37,618 nt of DNA from Candidatus Methylomirabilota bacterium (GTDB lineage Bacteria; Methylomirabilota; Methylomirabilia; Rokubacteriales; CSP1-6). The stretch is from positions 1 through 37,618 of the forward strand of contig JBKPAK010000292.1 of NCBI GenBank assembly GCA_046726415.1, written 5' to 3'. A program made the translations under genes and the position numbers. Below, in pieces: positions 17,415 to 29,327 of the stretch (position 1 is its first letter; every line of letters begins with the position of its first letter). The notes under the pieces are model-generated. The model did not search any database. It saw nothing but the letters and a program-made list of their open reading frames with translations, and was not told the origin of the DNA.

Positions 17415-18028
17415 TAGTCCTTGACCTCCAGATCGGGGAATCGAAGCGCCAGACGAGCCGTGCGACAGCGCTCCGCCTGGACGATGGCCATCAGCTGCTC
17501 GGTGGCTTCCTTGAGATCGCGGTTCACGATGAGATAGTCGTAGCGACGCCACAGGGCGATCTCTTCGCGAGCGCGTCGCAGTCGCCGCGCAATGTCTGCC
17601 TCGGCATCCGAGCGCCGCTCGCGCAGGCGCTGCTCCAGTTCAGCCATGGACGGTGCGACGATGAACACCAGCACGGCCTCCGGATAGCGCGCGCGAAGCT
17701 GGGCGGCGCCCTGGGTGTCGATGTCCAGGAGCACATCGGCGCCCCCGGCGAGGGCCGCCTCGAGGGCACTGGCCCGCGTTCCGTACAGGTGGCCGTGCAC
17801 GGTCGCCCACTCGGCGAACGCCCCGCTCTCCAGTAGAGCGCGAAACGCGCCGTCGGTCACGAAGTCGAAGTCGACTCCGCTGGTCTCGCCGGACCGTGGA
17901 ACCCGCGTGGTCACCGAGACCGAATACGCGAGATCGGGGATCATCCGGCGGACTTCACGGCACAGCGTCGTCTTCCCGGCCCCGGAGGGTGCGGACACCA
18001 CGAAGAGCGCCCCGTGGCGACGGATCAC
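17414..18028 (-). CDS. gmk: Guanylate kinase
   Basis: SAPSGAGKTT, SVSVTTRVPRSGE, EWATVHGHLYGT, LDIDTQGA, YDYLIVN; GTG at 18028. Confidence 0.97.
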   Translation of the reverse strand: MIRRHGALFVVSAPSGAGKTTLCREVRRMIPDLAYSVSVTTRVPRSGETSGVDFDFVTDGAFRALLESGAFAEWATVHGHLYGTRASALEAALAGGADVLLDIDTQGAAQLRARYPEAVLVFIVAPSMAELEQRLRERRSDAEADIARRLRRAREEIALWRRYDYLIVNRDLKEATEQLMAIVQAERCRTARLALRFPDLEVKD

Positions 18029-18366
18029 GACTGCGCGGCCGTGATGGCGGGCTCGCGCCGGACGGGGCCCCGTCGCCGGCCACGCGGCTTCAGGTCGGCC
18101 GCGAGGTCGCCCTCGAGCCGCTGCGCCAAGGTGGCCGGCTCGAGCGAGGACAGAATGAGATGGTCGCTCGCCGTCACCACCACCGCCCGTGTGCGCCGAC
18201 CGTTGGTGGCGTCGACAAGCTTGCTGCTGCCCTTCGCCCCCTCGATGAGTCGCTTGACCGGCAGGGAGTCGAGGGCCACGATGGCCACGATGTGGTCGAC
18301 CACCACGACGTTTCCATATCCCACGTTGACCAGCCGTGTTGACGCCACATTCGTCACGCGCGTCAC
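18025..18366 (-). CDS. remA: DUF370 / RemA-family protein
   Basis: LVNVGYGNVV...DSLPVKRLI...LVDATNGRRTRAVVVT-SDHLILS; typical position between yicC and gmk. Confidence 0.88.
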   Translation of the reverse strand: MTRVTNVASTRLVNVGYGNVVVVDHIVAIVALDSLPVKRLIEGAKGSSKLVDATNGRRTRAVVVTASDHLILSSLEPATLAQRLEGDLAADLKPRGRRRGPVRREPAITAAQS

Positions 18367-19244
18367 TCCAGATTTTGGACCTGTTCACGCATCTTCTCGA
18401 GGATGCCTTTCGCCGCGATCGCGGCCTGGGACAGGTCGAGATCGTCGGCCTTGGCGGCGACCGTATTGATCTCGCGGTTCATCTCCTGGATGAGAAAGTC
18501 GAAGAGTCGGCCCACCGGGCCGCCTTTGTCGAGCGTCGACAGAAACTGATCCAGGTGGGCGCGCAGGCGCGCCAGTTCCTCACTGATGTCCGTGCGCTCG
18601 GCCCACACCGCGACCTCGGTGGCCAGCCGCGCCTCGTCCACGGCGATGTCGCCCAGAAGCGCCCGCATGCGTTCGCGGAGCCGGTCCGTGCGGCGCGCGA
18701 GGGCCGCCGGCAGGCGCGCCGTCATCTGCTCCACCGTGGTCCCGAGGCTGGCGTGCAGGGCTCGCAGTTCGGCGGCCAGCGCCTCGCCCTCCATCTCCCG
18801 GCACGCCACCAGTTGATCGAGCGCGCCACTGAGCGCTTGCGTCAGGGTGGGCCAGGCCGGCGCCGACTCCGCGTCGACATCCTCGACGCGAGTGACGCCG
18901 GGTCGCTCCAGAACCCAGGCGAGGCTCACGTCGCTCGTGAGGCCGAGGGCCTGGGCCAGCCCGCGCGCTTCGTCGATCCAGGCGCGAGCCAGCGCCGCGT
19001 CCACGCGAATCTGCTGAAGAGCGGTGCCGGCGGTCGCCCAAAACTGCACCGAGACGTCCACCCGGCCCCGCTCCAGGCGCGACTGGACGAGCCGCCGGGC
19101 ATCTGGTTCGAGGCTGGCCAGCGCCCGCGGCATGCGGAGCGCGATGTCGAGATGGCGGTGATTGACGGAGCGGACTTCGACGCTGACGAGCAGCGCGGTG
19201 TCGCGCGCCTCCGCCCGCCCGAAGCCGGTCATGCTGCGTATCAT
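18363..19244 (-). CDS. yicC: YicC/YloC family endoribonuclease
   Basis: MIRSMTGFGR, SVNHRHLD, DISEELARLRAH, GRLFDFLIQEMNREINT, REQVQNLE. Confidence 0.96.
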   Translation of the reverse strand: MIRSMTGFGRAEARDTALLVSVEVRSVNHRHLDIALRMPRALASLEPDARRLVQSRLERGRVDVSVQFWATAGTALQQIRVDAALARAWIDEARGLAQALGLTSDVSLAWVLERPGVTRVEDVDAESAPAWPTLTQALSGALDQLVACREMEGEALAAELRALHASLGTTVEQMTARLPAALARRTDRLRERMRALLGDIAVDEARLATEVAVWAERTDISEELARLRAHLDQFLSTLDKGGPVGRLFDFLIQEMNREINTVAAKADDLDLSQAAIAAKGILEKMREQVQNLE

Positions 19245-19276
19245 CCCCACCTCGCGCCGGGCGCCCTCATCCGGAG

Positions 19277-19306
19277 ATCATAGGGAGATTTCCGCTTGAC
19301 TGTCAA
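19277..19306 (-). promoter_or_regulatory. Putative sigma70 promoter of the yicC superoperon (TTGACA-N18-TATGAT)
   Basis: Reverse complement of 19301-19306 is TTGACA and of 19277-19282 is TATGAT. Confidence 0.7.
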
Positions 19307-19315
19307 TGTCGTGCA

Positions 19316-19345
19316 TTGACATCGTACCTTTCGTCATCATATGCT
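19316..19345 (+). promoter_or_regulatory. Putative divergent sigma70 promoter (TTGACA-N18-TATGCT)
   Basis: TTGACA at 19316-19321 and TATGCT at 19340-19345, within an AT-richer patch. Confidence 0.6.
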
Positions 19346-19545
19346 CATTTGTTCGGCGCGCCCAACGCTCAACTCTCTCGTGCTGCCAAGGAACGACGGC
19401 TGAGCCGCATCCTCAAACCCGCTGCATCGCGCTTTCAACTCCCGATTTGCGGCGGCGGTGACCCTTTCGTCAGCACCGCGATCATCGGAATCGGGCAGAT
19501 CGGGCGCTGTCTCCTGCGCTGGCCGCCAGAGTACGGCGACCGACC

Positions 19546-19902
19546 GTGACGCGCGGCCTCTTCGCCACCCTGGCCGCCGTCATCGTCATCGCCGGACTCA
19601 CGATTGTCGGGGCGCGCCTGGTGGGCCGCACGAACCAGCGCGCGGCCATCCTGATCTCCGTCATTGCGCACTGGCTCGCCGCGTATGTCCTGTGGAACTT
19701 CGCCGGCGGCCTCGCCCTCCACCATGGTCTGCTGACCGCGTATCCAGGGGCGTTCTTCGGGCTCGTGGCTCTCATCGGTGGATTCTGGCACTACCGCACC
19801 ACGATGCGGGCCGGCCCCGAGCGCGGCCTCACCGTGTTCGTCGGCGTCCAGGTCGCGTGGCTGGTCCTCGTGCTCGCGCAGAACGGGGTGTTCAGCGGCT
19901 GA
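19546..19902 (+). CDS. Hypothetical small integral membrane protein (about 4 TM helices)
   Basis: 118 aa with four hydrophobic segments and high-GC3 codon usage; no family recognised. Confidence 0.75.
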   Translation: MTRGLFATLAAVIVIAGLTIVGARLVGRTNQRAAILISVIAHWLAAYVLWNFAGGLALHHGLLTAYPGAFFGLVALIGGFWHYRTTMRAGPERGLTVFVGVQVAWLVLVLAQNGVFSG

Positions 19903-19938
19903 TCGGCCTAACCTGTGCGCGTCGCGCCCAGCGACGGC

Positions 19939-19954
19939 TAGGACCAAGGTCCTA
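19939..19954. promoter_or_regulatory. Perfect 7-2-7 inverted repeat TAGGACC-AA-GGTCCTA, candidate transcription factor site
   Basis: Exact dyad about 85 nt upstream of the first collagen-OmpA gene; possible -10 CATTCT at 19979-19984. Confidence 0.55.
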
Positions 19955-20037
19955 TTCCCTTCGCCCGAGATTGTCCTCCATTCTGGCCTCCGCGGGGCGT
20001 CTGTCGAGTCCCAACGTCTTGGAGGAGGAGGTTGGTC

Positions 20038-20679
20038 ATGAGGCGCGTAGCCGTCATCGGCATGGTGGCGTCGTTCGTCGCCGCGTGTGGTTCCCAGCCC
20101 GGCGGCTTCACCGACTGGGGGAAGCAGTGGCGGGACGATCCCTATCTCAAGGTCGTCGGACCGCCTGGCCCGGCCGGTCCACCCGGCCCATCCGGTCCTC
20201 CGGGCCCGCCCGGCCCCGCCGGAGCAGCAGGCTCTGTCGCCACCGGTCCGCCTGGTCCTCCCGGCCCTCCCGGCCCATCCGGTCCTCCGGGCCCGCCCGG
20301 CACTGCCGGCGCTGCGGGGGCGGCTGGAGCTTCGGTGAAGCTCGAGCGATTCCAGAGCATCCTCTTCGACTTCGATAAGTCCAACATTCGCCCGTCGGAG
20401 ACGCAGAAGATCGCCACCATCGTAGAGTGGGGGAGGGCCAATCCTGGCTTTGACCTGGTGCTCGATGGCAACGCCGACGAGCGCGGTACCCCGCCCTACA
20501 ACAAGAGGCTGAGCGACCGGCGCGTCAAGGCGGTCGAAGACGCCATTCGCAAAGGCGGCGCATCGAACCGGATGCGGGGGGTCGGGCTTGGAGAAGAGGC
20601 GCCGGTATGCACCGAAAAGACGGAGACCTGCTGGCAGCAGAACCGGCGGGTCGACGTCCTGACACGGCCTACGCAGTAG
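20038..20679 (+). CDS. Lipoprotein with collagen-like (Gly-X-Y) stalk and C-terminal OmpA/Pal-like peptidoglycan-binding domain
   Basis: SD GGAGGAGGAGG at 20021-20031; lipobox VAA-C; 9+10 GXY triplets; [30 protein letters not shown]-x6-C...NRRVD. Confidence 0.9.
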   Translation: MRRVAVIGMVASFVAACGSQPGGFTDWGKQWRDDPYLKVVGPPGPAGPPGPSGPPGPPGPAGAAGSVATGPPGPPGPPGPSGPPGPPGTAGAAGAAGASVKLERFQSILFDFDKSNIRPSETQKIATIVEWGRANPGFDLVLDGNADERGTPPYNKRLSDRRVKAVEDAIRKGGASNRMRGVGLGEEAPVCTEKTETCWQQNRRVDVLTRPTQ

Positions 20680-20707
20680 CGATCGCGGCTCAGGGGGGAT
20701 CACCATC

Positions 20708-21682
20708 ATGAACGCGGTCACTCGATATCTCGGGCTTCCAGGTCTGGCCCTGGCGCTGGCGGGGTGCGGCGCCACCGGCCCCTGGCCGGGGAACTATTCT
20801 CTCCCCTATCTCTTCGCGGACGGGAACCGCTACATCCCGCTGACACCCGGCTCGCTGAGCTGGCAGTCACCCACGGATGATCGCGACCAACTCGGCAGTG
20901 AAGGCTGGATTCAGTTGCCCTGTCACGCGCGCCCAGAATACGCGTTCGTGGCGGGTCCCGCCGGTCCTCCTGGCCCACCAGGACCGCCCGGTCCCGTCGG
21001 TGCTGCTGGCGCCTCAGGGGTGGCTGGCGCGGCCGGTGCTGCCGGAACGCCCGGAGGCCCTCCCGCTGGCCGCGGCCCTGCTGGCCCGCCCGGCCCTCCC
21101 GGTCCTCCGGGCCCTCCCGGCCCGCCCGGCCCTCCGGGTCCTCCGGGGCCTCCGGGTTCCGTCGGGCCGGCCGGTCGCCCCCCGCGGTCTGAGGCGCCAA
21201 TCGATGGCATTCGCTCGGCGCAGACCGAAGCAGCGCCCCCGAGTCCTTCCGCGGGGCCGCCCGGTCGTCTGGGCAGTTCCGTGGTGCTGGTGGAAACCAC
21301 GCGGACGGCGCAGGCGGAAGCGCAGCCTGTGCTCGTGAGTTGGAAGTCGGTCGAGACCATCTCGTTCGAGCCCGGCGAGGCCGATTTCATGCCGAGGTGC
21401 CAGAAGAAGATCGGCCAGCTTGCGGTCTGGGTGAAGAAGAGTCCGACGCTCGAGGTCGCGCTCGACGCGCGCGCCGACGAGGCGCTGACCGGCGAGCGGG
21501 ACCCCGCGATGAGCAGGAAGCGTGTCGAGGCGGTCCGCGAGGCCCTCATCGCGGAGGGGGTGGCTCCGGCCAGGATCCACTACGCGGCTTCTCACGACCA
21601 GCGCGCGCTGTGTACGCAGGCGACAGCCGAGTGCCACGAACGCAATCGCCGCGTGGAGGTCTTCTTCGGGCAACGATTCTAA
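20708..21682 (+). CDS. Second lipoprotein with collagen-like stalk and divergent OmpA-like domain
   Basis: Lipobox LAG-C; about 11+12 GXY triplets including (GPP)8; ISFEPGEA...[19 protein letters not shown]...C-x6-C..RNRRVEV. Confidence 0.88.
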   Translation: MNAVTRYLGLPGLALALAGCGATGPWPGNYSLPYLFADGNRYIPLTPGSLSWQSPTDDRDQLGSEGWIQLPCHARPEYAFVAGPAGPPGPPGPPGPVGAAGASGVAGAAGAAGTPGGPPAGRGPAGPPGPPGPPGPPGPPGPPGPPGPPGSVGPAGRPPRSEAPIDGIRSAQTEAAPPSPSAGPPGRLGSSVVLVETTRTAQAEAQPVLVSWKSVETISFEPGEADFMPRCQKKIGQLAVWVKKSPTLEVALDARADEALTGERDPAMSRKRVEAVREALIAEGVAPARIHYAASHDQRALCTQATAECHERNRRVEVFFGQRF

Positions 21683-21693
21683 TCCAGGCTCCC

Positions 21694-21742
21694 GGCGCTC
21701 CGAGTGTCGAGGTAGGGGGGTCCGTCTTGGGCCCCCCATGTC
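21694..21742. repeat. Dispersed GC-rich hairpin element, copy B
   Basis: gagtgtcgaggtaggggggtccgtcttgggccccccatgtc is homologous to 12860-12899; lies between the convergent collagen-OmpA and pyrE stops. Confidence 0.75.
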
Positions 21743-21743
21743 G

Positions 21744-22412
21744 CTACGCGCCTCCGTGGGCCTTCGACCACGCCTCGGGCGCGTCGAGGAAATCCTCCAC
21801 CACCGCTGCCTGTGCGGGGGTGAAGTAGCCGTTCGCGCGGGCCACCTCCAATGTGGTCCGCCAGTCGGTCAGGGCGTGCAGCGTGATACCGGCCTCGTGC
21901 AGGTTCTTCTCGGCATCCGGATAGACGCCGTAGTAGAAGATGACCACCGCTTGATCGACGATGGCGCCGGCGCGCCGCAGGGCGTTGCAGAAGTTGATCT
22001 TGCTCCTGCCGTCGGTGGTCAGATCCTCGACGAGGATGGCCCGCGTGCCCGGCTCCATGAGACCTTCGATCTGGTTCATGCGACCGAAGCCCTTGGGGTT
22101 CTTTCGCACGTAGATCATCGGGAGGAAGAAGTACTCCGCGATCCAGGCAGCCAGGGGAATGCCTGCCGTCTCGCCTCCGGCCACGAGGGAGAAGCGGTCG
22201 CGCGTGATGCTGCGGTCGATCTCCTCGGAGGCGAGCTGGATGATCTCGCGACGCTGGCGCGGGAACGAGATGAGCCGGCGGCAGTCGATGTATACGGGGC
22301 TGGCCCAGCCCGAGGTGAAGATGAAGGGATCGTCCTGGTTGAAGTGGATGGCTTCCATCTCGATCAGCAACTCGGAGGCGCGCGACTTCCGATCGATGAA
22401 CTTGACGGGCAT
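21744..22412 (-). CDS. pyrE: Orotate phosphoribosyltransferase
   Basis: FTSGWASPVYIDCR, AGGETAGIP, YVRKNPKGFG, PRPP loop LVEDLTTDGRS; ATG at 22412. Confidence 0.93.
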   Translation of the reverse strand: MPVKFIDRKSRASELLIEMEAIHFNQDDPFIFTSGWASPVYIDCRRLISFPRQRREIIQLASEEIDRSITRDRFSLVAGGETAGIPLAAWIAEYFFLPMIYVRKNPKGFGRMNQIEGLMEPGTRAILVEDLTTDGRSKINFCNALRRAGAIVDQAVVIFYYGVYPDAEKNLHEAGITLHALTDWRTTLEVARANGYFTPAQAAVVEDFLDAPEAWSKAHGGA

Positions 22413-22422
22413 GGCGGCTGAG

Positions 22423-22431
22423 ATCCTAGCA
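22423..22431 (-). promoter_or_regulatory. Putative extended -10 promoter (TG-C-TAGGAT) 10 nt before the pyrE ATG
   Basis: Minus strand reads gtgtgc TAGGAT ctcagccgcc ATG, with no SD. Confidence 0.45.
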
Positions 22432-22461
22432 CACCCACCCACGTGGGCAGCTCAGACGGCG

Positions 22462-22575
22462 CTACCAGGCGGCGGGATTCATCTCGATCACCGGCACCGA
22501 CTGGGACCCCACCACCTCCAGCACGGCCAGCGCGACCACGAGCGCGGCGAGAACCATCAGCATGAGCATCTTCAT
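22462..22575 (-). CDS. 37-aa single-TM or secreted small protein MKMLMLMVLAALVVALAVLEVVGSQSVPVIEMNPAAW (not in the ORF track)
   Basis: Read manually: ATG at 22575 after GGGGAAG, TAG at 22462-22464, nearly all codons end in G/C, hydrophobic core. Confidence 0.6.
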   Translation of the reverse strand: MKMLMLMVLAALVVALAVLEVVGSQSVPVIEMNPAAW

Positions 22576-22641
22576 GCGGTCTTCCCCGCCCATAGGATGC
22601 GCCGGCGTGCCCCGGCGATTCGGCGAGACCGAAACGCCAGG

Positions 22642-23362
22642 TCAGGCGGCGCCGGCCAGTTCGTCGGTGATGCGGCGCGCGGCGGTGGCGGGATCGGGAG
22701 CGGTCGTGATGGGGCGGCCCACCACGATGTAGTCGGCGCCGGCCGTGACGGCCGCCGCCGGTGTGGCGGTGCGCCTCTGATCGTCGCTCCGCCCAGCCGG
22801 TCGGATCCCGGGGGCCACGATGATCCAGTGCCGGCCCAGCGACGTCCGCAGTAGACCGACCTCGTGCGGTGACGCCACACAGCCGTCGAGCCCCGCGTCA
22901 CGCGCCAAGGTGGCGAGCCGCAAAACGTGGCCCTCCACGGGCGAGGCGATGCCCAGCTCGACCTGCAGCGCACGGCAGTCGAGGCTGGTCAGCACGGTCA
23001 CGCCGAGGCAGACGGGACGGGTCGCCGCGAAGTCCGCCGCCGCCGTCGCGGCCGCCTCCGCCGCCGCCCGCATCATCTCGCGCCCGCCGCTGGCGTGGAC
23101 GTCCAGCATGAAGACGCCTAGGCGCGTCGCCTCGCGCACGGCCCCGGCGACCGTGTTGGGAATGTCGTGGAACTTCAGATCCAGGAACACGCGGTAGCCG
23201 CGCTTGTGGGCGGCCTCAATGACGGCCGGTCCGGCCGCCGTGAAGAGCTGCGAGCCGATCTTGCAGCCCCCCGTGACGCCCTGGAGCTGGTCGAGCAGGG
23301 CCTGGGCGGCGGCGAGCGTCTCCACGTCGAGGGCGACGAACAGCCGGTCGGCCGCCGCGAGG

Positions 23363-23370
<8 letters not shown>
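22642..23370 (-). CDS. pyrF: Orotidine 5'-phosphate decarboxylase
   Basis: [43 protein letters not shown]. Confidence 0.97.
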
Positions 23371-26563
<3,193 letters not shown>

Positions 26564-26567
26564 ACCC

Positions 26568-26834
26568 CTACTCCTGGACTAGTCCATAGACGATCGACAC
26601 TTCCGGCGCAGCTTCCTCGCGGCGATACAGTACGTCGTCGAGCCGCCCGGGCCCGATCCACACGGCCTCGCCGCTGCCCCAGAGCTTCTCACCGAGAACG
26701 CTCATGCGCTTGTCGACGCGCTCGCGAATGGCCTGTGCCTCCAGCGAGACGTCGCTCTGGGATGTAAACGAGGTCCATTCCGGTTTCTCGCTTCCGCCCT
26801 CCGTCTTCCGATACGAGATCAAGTACTTGGGCAT
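26568..26834 (-). CDS. Hypothetical 88-aa protein between carA and carB ([14 protein letters not shown]...[10 protein letters not shown])
   Basis: ATG at 26834 overlaps the carA 3' end; coding-like codon usage; fills the whole carA-carB gap. Confidence 0.8.
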   Translation of the reverse strand: MPKYLISYRKTEGGSEKPEWTSFTSQSDVSLEAQAIRERVDKRMSVLGEKLWGSGEAVWIGPGRLDDVLYRREEAAPEVSIVYGLVQE

Positions 26835-27964
26835 ACGGGGCTCTCGCCTCCCTTCTGCATCACCTGGGTGAAGCGATGGAACAGGTAGCTCGCGTCGTGG
26901 GGCCCCGGCGACGCCTCCGGGTGGTATTGCACCGAGAAGACCGGCATCTCCCGATGGCGCAACCCCTCGCAGGTGCCATCGTTGAGGTTCAGATGGGATG
27001 CCTCCCATCCCGCCGCGGCCAGCGACGCGTGGTCGACGGCGAAGCCGTGGTTCTGCGAGGTGATCTCCACGCGGCCGGTGGCCAGATCTTTCACGGGATG
27101 GTTCGCTCCGTGATGACCGAACGGCAGCTTGTACGTCCTGCCCCCGGCCGCGAGTCCGAGGATCTGGTGACCGAGGCAGATGCCGAAGATGGGCACTCGC
27201 CCGAGGAGCGTCCGCACCGCGTCGATCAAATACGGCACTCCCTCCGGATCGCCCGGGCCGTTGGCCAGGAACACCCCGTCGGGTCTGCGCTCCAGCACTT
27301 CAGCCGCCGAGGTCGCGGCGGGCACCACGGTGACCTCGCAGCCCGCGCTGGCGAGCTGGCGCAGGATGTTGCGCTTCACGCCTGAATCGAGGGCCACCAC
27401 CTTGAAGCGCGGCGAGGGCGGCGCGGTGTAGCCCCTCGTCAAATCCCAAATGCCCTGATTCCAATGGTAGGGGCGGTCCACCGCGACCTCCGCCACCAGG
27501 TCGCAGCCGATGAGGCCGGGTAGCGCGCGGGCTCGTTCGCGCAGAGTATTCAGATCACGATCACCTGGGGCGATGATTCCGTCCTGCGCGCCGTGGTCGC
27601 GCAGGTGCCGGGTGAGCGCCCGGGTATCGATGCCCTGGAGGCCGACGATGCCGTGTGCCTTCAGGTAGGCGTCGAGGCTGATGCGCGAGCGAAAGTTCGA
27701 GGGCCAGGGGCTCGCCTCCTTGACGATGAATCCATTCACCCAGGGCCGGCGCGATTCGGCGTCTTCGTCGTTGAGGCCATAGTTGCCGATCATCGGATAC
27801 GTCATGGCCACGATCTGGCCCCGATACGATGGGTCGGTGAGAACTTCCTGGTATCCGGACATGGCGGTGTTGAAGATCACCTCACCGCTCGCCTCGCCCT
27901 CGACCCCGAGGGCATGGCCTCGAAAGACACGGCCGTCGCGCAACACGAGGACGGTCGGTTTCAC
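26819..27964 (-). CDS. carA: Carbamoyl-phosphate synthase small subunit
   Basis: [68 protein letters not shown] at 27964. Confidence 0.97.
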   Translation of the reverse strand: MKPTVLVLRDGRVFRGHALGVEGEASGEVIFNTAMSGYQEVLTDPSYRGQIVAMTYPMIGNYGLNDEDAESRRPWVNGFIVKEASPWPSNFRSRISLDAYLKAHGIVGLQGIDTRALTRHLRDHGAQDGIIAPGDRDLNTLRERARALPGLIGCDLVAEVAVDRPYHWNQGIWDLTRGYTAPPSPRFKVVALDSGVKRNILRQLASAGCEVTVVPAATSAAEVLERRPDGVFLANGPGDPEGVPYLIDAVRTLLGRVPIFGICLGHQILGLAAGGRTYKLPFGHHGANHPVKDLATGRVEITSQNHGFAVDHASLAAAGWEASHLNLNDGTCEGLRHREMPVFSVQYHPEASPGPHDASYLFHRFTQVMQKGGESPVCPST

Positions 27965-29235
27965 AAGGTCACCACCCTGCCGCCGACGATGGTCATCGCG
28001 GGTCCTCCCCTGAGGGTCCAGCCGGCGAACGGCGTATTGCGGCTCCGCGATTGAAACTGCGGGGGATCGACGGTGAGTTCCCGCTCGAGATCCAGAATGG
28101 TGAGATCGCCCGGCGATCCCGGGTTGAGGCTGCCTCCCGGCAGGCCGAGCAGACGCGCGGGATCCGCGCTGAGCCGCGACACCAGAGTCGGCAGGGGCAG
28201 AAGGCCCGGCCGGACCAGCCGGTCGAGCAACACGGCGACCGCCGTCTCCAGCCCCACAATCCCGAACGGCGCCTGATCGAACTCGCCTTCCTTCTCGGAG
28301 GCGGCGTGCGGCGCGTGATCGGTGGCGATGCAGTCGATGGTGCCGTCGAGAAGGGCTTCCCGGATCACCTCCGCATCGCGTTTGGTGCGAAGAGGAGGGC
28401 TCATCTTGGTGTTGGCATCGAACTGGCGGACGGCCTCCTCGGTCAGGACGAGGTGATGTGGCGTCACCTCCGCGGTGACCTGCACGCCGCGGGCCCGGGC
28501 ATCGCGCACCAGCCGCACGGCGCCGGCCGTGGAGATGTGCGCGATGTGCACGTGGGCCCCGGTCAGCTCGGCCAGCAGGATGTCGCGCGCCACCATGATG
28601 TCTTCGGCGGCGGCGGGCACACCGCGAATCCCCAGCTCGGTGGACACCACGCCCTCGTTCATGGAAGCGCCCTTCGACAGGTGGTGATCCTCGGCGTGAC
28701 TGATGATAGGGAGGCCGAAGGGCAAGGTGTACTCCATGGCGTGGCGATAGAGAGCCGCGTTCATGACGCATTGGCCGTCATCGGAGAAGCCCACACATCC
28801 GGCTTCCGCCAGCTCGGCCAGCTCAGCCAGCTCTTCGCCCTTGAGCCCGCGGGTGACCGCGCCGATCGGGTGGACGCGAACGACGGCCTCCGTGCGGGCC
28901 TTGGCGAGGATGTAGTCGGTGATGGAACGGTTGTCGTTCACCGGAAAGGTGTTGGCCATGCAGCAGACCGCCGTGAAGCCACCGGCCGCCGCGGCTCGCG
29001 TGCCGGTGGCCACGGTTTCCTTGTACTCGTAACCCGGCTCGCGCAAGTGCACATGGATGTCGATGAAGCCGGGACAGACGACCTTTCCCCTGGCCTCGAC
29101 GAGGGTGACGTCCGGAGCCGCCGCGAGATGCGGCCCCACGCGCTCGACGAGTCCATGGCGGACGAGTACGTCCTGGACCGCGTCGACGCCATTGGCGGGG
29201 TCGACGACGCGACCGTTCTTGACGAGCAGATGCAT
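27961..29235 (-). CDS. pyrC: Dihydroorotase (long, multifunctional-complex type)
   Basis: [51 protein letters not shown]. Confidence 0.97.
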   Translation of the reverse strand: MHLLVKNGRVVDPANGVDAVQDVLVRHGLVERVGPHLAAAPDVTLVEARGKVVCPGFIDIHVHLREPGYEYKETVATGTRAAAAGGFTAVCCMANTFPVNDNRSITDYILAKARTEAVVRVHPIGAVTRGLKGEELAELAELAEAGCVGFSDDGQCVMNAALYRHAMEYTLPFGLPIISHAEDHHLSKGASMNEGVVSTELGIRGVPAAAEDIMVARDILLAELTGAHVHIAHISTAGAVRLVRDARARGVQVTAEVTPHHLVLTEEAVRQFDANTKMSPPLRTKRDAEVIREALLDGTIDCIATDHAPHAASEKEGEFDQAPFGIVGLETAVAVLLDRLVRPGLLPLPTLVSRLSADPARLLGLPGGSLNPGSPGDLTILDLERELTVDPPQFQSRSRNTPFAGWTLRGGPAMTIVGGRVVTL

Positions 29236-29327
29236 CAGAGGACCCGCCAGGTCAGGGTGAACCGTGGGTGGCCAGCGGTGGAAGCGCGGAGCGGCGTTCG
29301 ACTGTTCGAGTACATCCCGCGCTTCAT
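29235..29327 (-). CDS. Possible 30-aa bridging [33 protein letters not shown]
   Basis: ATGA overlap with the pyrB stop and TGATG overlap with the pyrC start; contains inverted repeat gaagcgcgg...ccgcgcttc. Confidence 0.35.
   Translation of the reverse strand: MKRGMYSNSRTPLRASTAGHPRFTLTWRVL

Noticed and set aside
9782..19244. yicC-to-rpe gene cluster as a novel system
   Set aside because: The order matches the known yloC-remA-gmk-rpoZ-coaBC-priA-def-fmt-sun(-rpe) superoperon; only the udg insertion and the PriA degeneration differ.
19316..19549. 77-aa ORF starting at TTG
   Set aside because: Its start codon is the -35 box of a predicted promoter, it has no SD, and its codon usage is atypical.
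20142..21549. Antisense GGP-repeat ORFs (20142..20471, 20923..21549) as silk- or elastin-like proteins
   Set aside because: They are the reverse complement of the GPP codons of the collagen tracts, with no SD or signal peptide.
26568..26834. IS element, intein or intron explanation for the carA-carB insert
   Set aside because: No transposase or endonuclease motifs and no terminal inverted repeats; it lies between genes rather than inside a reading frame.
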